This document shows positions 6,899 through 10,098 of a stretch of DNA of 10,098 bases, one piece after another. Both the position numbers and the translations under genes were made by a program. The notes under the pieces were generated by a model. That model saw only the letters and a list, made by a program, of their open reading frames with translations, had not been told where the DNA came from and did no database searches. Source of the DNA: Nitrospira japonica (GTDB lineage: Bacteria > Nitrospirota > Thermodesulfovibrionia > Thermodesulfovibrionales > SM23-35); the NCBI GenBank assembly GCA_020725385.1, contig DYFC01000067.1, positions 1 through 10,098 on the forward strand. The letters run 5' to 3'. Each line of letters begins with the position of its first letter. The stretch's first letter is position 1.

Positions 6899-7666
6899 AT
6901 GTTTGAAGCTATAATACTCGGTATTGTGCAGGGACTTACAGAGTTCCTGCCTGTAAGCAGCACCGCTCATTTAATCCTTCTGCCATGGATATTTAACTGG
7001 CATGGAGATGTTGATACACTTACCTTTGATATAGCCCTGCATGGAGGAACATTACTTGCTCTACTTGCATGTTTTTATAAAGACTGGATAGATTTATTTT
7101 TAAGAAAGAGAAGGCTTCTAAGTTATATAATAATTGGCTCAATACCAGCTGGAATTGCTGGTCTTTTACTTAATAATTTTGTGGAGCATCACCTTCGCAG
7201 TCCTTTATTGATAAGTATTATGCTAATTTTAGTAGGTTTTGTAATGCTTGTTGCAGAGAGAATTTGCAAATATCGCAATCAGGATAGTATTAACATAAGC
7301 GATTCAATTTTTATAGGTATTGCCCAGGCTCTTGCAATTATTCCCGGAGTTTCAAGATCCGGTATAACTATATCAGCAGGATTATTTAAAGGATTACAAA
7401 GAGATGTAGCTGCACGATTTTCCTTTCTTCTTTCAACACCGATTATTGGTGGCGCTTTGCTTTTACATATAAGAAAAGCCATTACAAACTATGCAGTATA
7501 TGATTTGCAACTTTTTTTATGGGGATTCATAGCATCTTTTCTAACAGGGTATATCGCTATAAAATTTTTGCTTGCTTTCTTAAAAAAATATCCTCTTAAC
7601 ATTTTCGTTTATTACAGGTTTGCTCTTGCTGTTGTTATAATAGCAGGTATATGGCTCAAAGCTTAA
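6899..7666 (+). CDS. uppP: Undecaprenyl-diphosphate phosphatase (BacA/UppP)
   Basis: AIILGIVQGLTEFLPVSSTAH, FDIALHGGT, AIIPGVSRSGITI, AARFSFLLS and FVYYR motifs; polytopic membrane protein. Confidence 0.97.
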   Translation: MFEAIILGIVQGLTEFLPVSSTAHLILLPWIFNWHGDVDTLTFDIALHGGTLLALLACFYKDWIDLFLRKRRLLSYIIIGSIPAGIAGLLLNNFVEHHLRSPLLISIMLILVGFVMLVAERICKYRNQDSINISDSIFIGIAQALAIIPGVSRSGITISAGLFKGLQRDVAARFSFLLSTPIIGGALLLHIRKAITNYAVYDLQLFLWGFIASFLTGYIAIKFLLAFLKKYPLNIFVYYRFALAVVIIAGIWLKA

Positions 7667-9723
7667 AAAGAATCAAAGAAGAAGTTATTGGTGTTATAGC
7701 GATAATGGCAAGCCTGTATTTTTTTCTCATTTTTCTAACCTATTCCTTAAAAGACGATGTTCCTTTTTTCAGAATCACAAAACCTCCTGAACCTGTGCAT
7801 AATTCTGGCGGAGTGATTGGAGCATATATCTCGGGCTGGCTTATTATTTTTTTAGGCATATCCGCATATCTTATCCCTGTTTTTATCTTAGTTTTTGGAA
7901 TTAAGCGACTACTTGGAAAAGAAGGTCATAAAATTTATATTTTAGGGAATATTTTACTTATATTCTCAGTTTCTTTTATTTCCTCTTTAATGGCCGACAC
8001 ATTCAACATTCAATTAAGTCTTTTTCCAGATGGTATTGGCGGTTTGACAGGGAAATTAATTTCTTATATGGCAGAAAAGTATTTATCATATGCAGGAGCA
8101 TATATATTATCTCTTTCTCTAATTCTTGTTTCTTTGATTCTTATCAGTCCTTTATCTGTTACAAACATAGCTTTAATAAGAAAAACTAAAGAAAGAGATT
8201 TTGAGAAAAAAGAGCAAGTAACTGAAGATGAGGAAATAATAATTAAAGATATTAAACCTGTTCCTGTTATTAAAGATAATGAGCCTGAATCAATTCCGGC
8301 TCATGAAACAATAACAGAAAAACCTGCAAAGGATGGAACTTATAAACTTCCTCCTATTGAATTGCTGAATGTATCTGAATTTATTTCTTCCAAACCAACA
8401 AAAGAAGAAATAATGAATGACTCTTCTTTAATCGAAAAAAAGCTTTCCGATTTTGGTGTAGAAGGAAGAGTTGCGACCGTACATCCCGGACCTATAGTTA
8501 CCATGTATGAATTTGAGCCAGCTCCTGGTGTTAAGATTACAAGAATTGTTTCTCTTTCTGATGACCTTGCTCTTGCTCTCAAAGCACAAAGTGTCAGAAT
8601 ATCGCCAATTCCCGGAAGATCAGTTATTGGAATAGAAGTTCCAAATAAAAAGAGAGAAACTGTCTGTTTGAGAGAAATAATTGCTTCTGAAAATTTTAAG
8701 AAAAGTAAATCAAGACTAACTCTCGGTCTCGGTAAAGATATATCCGGAGCACCTGTTGTTGCAGACCTTTTAAAAATGCCTCATCTTCTCGTAGCTGGAG
8801 CAACTGGCTCAGGAAAAAGTGTCTCCATCAATTCAATGATTGTCAGCATTTTATATAAAGCAACACCTGATGAGGTAAAAATGCTTCTGGTTGACCCTAA
8901 ACTACTTGAACTTTCAGCTTATGAAGAAATTCCCCATCTTCTATCACCGGTTATTACAAATCCAAAAGAAGCAGCAGAAGGACTTAAAAAAATGGTTATA
9001 GAAATGGAACGTAGATACAGGGTTATCGCTGAAAAAGGTGTAAGAAATATTGAAAGCTTTAATCTACAATGTGAAGAAGGAGAGCGACTTCCTTATATTG
9101 TAATCATAATAGATGAACTCGCTGACCTGATGTTTACCGCTCCAAATGATGTGGAGGATTCAATAGCAAGGCTTGCCCAAATGGGAAGAGCATCGGGTAT
9201 TCATCTTATTCTTGCTACTCAAAGGCCTTCTGTTGATGTAATCACAGGCATAATAAAAGCAAACTTTCCTGCAAGAATTTCTTTTCAGGTCACATCAAAA
9301 ATTGACTCAAGAACAATACTTGATTCAGGCGGTGCAGAACAATTGCTCGGCAAAGGAGATTTATTGTTAATGCTCCCCGGAACAAAGATTATAAGGATTC
9401 ATGGAGCGCTCGTAACAGAAGAGGAAATCAGAGGAGTAACTGAATTTATAAAAGTTCAGGGTCATCCTGATTATACACTTTTTAACAGCATTCAGATGCC
9501 TCAAGAAAAAGAAGAAGAATTATCATCAGAAAGAGATGAAATGTATTATAAAGCAGTTGAAATTGGCGAGACAACAGGCGAGATTTCAATATCCTCAATT
9601 CAAAGAAGACTAAAAATAGGTTACAACAGAGCTGCAAGAATAATGGAACTTCTTGAAGAAGACGGACTTGTAGGACCTCCAAAAGGCGCGGGCAAGCCAA
9701 GAGATTTTATAAGGAGAAGATAA
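7651..9723 (+). CDS. ftsK: DNA translocase FtsK/SpoIIIE
   Basis: N-terminal transmembrane domain; alpha domain (GPIVTMYEFEPAPGVK); Walker A GATGSGKS; VDPKLLE; Walker B IIIDELADLM; RLAQMGRASGIHLILATQRPSVDVITG; GAEQLLGKGD; gamma domain SISSIQRRLKIGYNRAARIME. Confidence 0.97.
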   Translation: MAQSLKRIKEEVIGVIAIMASLYFFLIFLTYSLKDDVPFFRITKPPEPVHNSGGVIGAYISGWLIIFLGISAYLIPVFILVFGIKRLLGKEGHKIYILGNILLIFSVSFISSLMADTFNIQLSLFPDGIGGLTGKLISYMAEKYLSYAGAYILSLSLILVSLILISPLSVTNIALIRKTKERDFEKKEQVTEDEEIIIKDIKPVPVIKDNEPESIPAHETITEKPAKDGTYKLPPIELLNVSEFISSKPTKEEIMNDSSLIEKKLSDFGVEGRVATVHPGPIVTMYEFEPAPGVKITRIVSLSDDLALALKAQSVRISPIPGRSVIGIEVPNKKRETVCLREIIASENFKKSKSRLTLGLGKDISGAPVVADLLKMPHLLVAGATGSGKSVSINSMIVSILYKATPDEVKMLLVDPKLLELSAYEEIPHLLSPVITNPKEAAEGLKKMVIEMERRYRVIAEKGVRNIESFNLQCEEGERLPYIVIIIDELADLMFTAPNDVEDSIARLAQMGRASGIHLILATQRPSVDVITGIIKANFPARISFQVTSKIDSRTILDSGGAEQLLGKGDLLLMLPGTKIIRIHGALVTEEEIRGVTEFIKVQGHPDYTLFNSIQMPQEKEEELSSERDEMYYKAVEIGETTGEISISSIQRRLKIGYNRAARIMELLEEDGLVGPPKGAGKPRDFIRRR

Positions 9724-9830
9724 AAATTAGTTGAAACTTAGATGACACAGATTGAATTCTTGAAACTGTTTGTACCGTTAGCACCTCTAAAAATTTTTGC
9801 TTAAAATCGGCATTATTCTAAATTATTAAT

Positions 9831-10098
9831 ATGGAAGAAATCACACGTAAAAATTGGGACAGAACAATAATCAATACACCTCAAGGTGCAGTTGAGGGGA
9901 TAGCTCCTGTGATTATATCAGCAAGCAGGGCTACTGATATTCCCGCATTTTATTCAGACTGGTTTATGAACAGACTGAAAACCGGTTATGTAAAATGGGT
10001 CAACAGGTTCAATGGAAAATCTGTATTTGTCTCCTTTGAAAAAGCAAGAGCGATAGTGTTCTGGACTAAGAATGCTGAACAAATGATAAAGCACCTGC
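9831..10098 (+). CDS. DUF1848-family protein, 3'-truncated by the window end (absent from the ORF track)
   Basis: From ATG 9831: MEEITRKNWDRTIINTPQGAVEGIAPVIISASRATDIPAFYSDWFMNRLKTGYVKWVNRFNGKSVFVSFEKARAIVFWTKNAEQMIKHL..., open to the end. IISASRxTDIPAFY..WF.NRL..G and IVFWTKN are hallmark DUF1848 motifs. Confidence 0.88.
   Translation, partial: MEEITRKNWDRTIINTPQGAVEGIAPVIISASRATDIPAFYSDWFMNRLKTGYVKWVNRFNGKSVFVSFEKARAIVFWTKNAEQMIKHL

Noticed and set aside
4901-9700. Short ORFs at 4901, 7279, 8340 and 9482
   Set aside because: Antisense to the hydro-lyase beta gene, uppP or ftsK; no independent coding evidence.
9736-9753. ACTTAGATG ACACAGATT, a possible degenerate 9-bp repeat pair after ftsK
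   Set aside because: Only two imperfect units; cannot be distinguished from chance without genome-wide copies.

Overview
AT-rich bacterial chromosomal window, mostly housekeeping genes. Left to right: the 3' end of a gene with a C-terminal receiver domain (probably a hybrid histidine kinase); an orphan 143-aa helical protein with a HEPN-like RxxxxH motif; a small exported beta-barrel (DUF5666/OB-like) protein; a minus-strand run of a two-subunit Fe-S fumarate/tartrate hydro-lyase (alpha, beta), malQ and glgC; a 583-bp divergent intergenic region; then uppP overlapping ftsK and the 5' part of a DUF1848-family gene that the ORF track missed. The intergenic region (6316-6898) is the most unusual part. 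It holds two blocks of degenerate 8-bp tandem repeats, a 12-bp-period TGACA array, and an unannotated 31-codon remnant resembling the C-terminus of an AAA_14/DUF4143 ATPase. Several genes appear to have a -10 box right next to the start codon and no Shine-Dalgarno (leaderless-type). I saw no rRNA, tRNA, CRISPR array or intact mobile element. All family calls come from motif recognition by eye, not database searches, and I cannot show a complete new system here. The best leads are the stand-alone HEPN candidate and the decayed ATPase/repeat locus.
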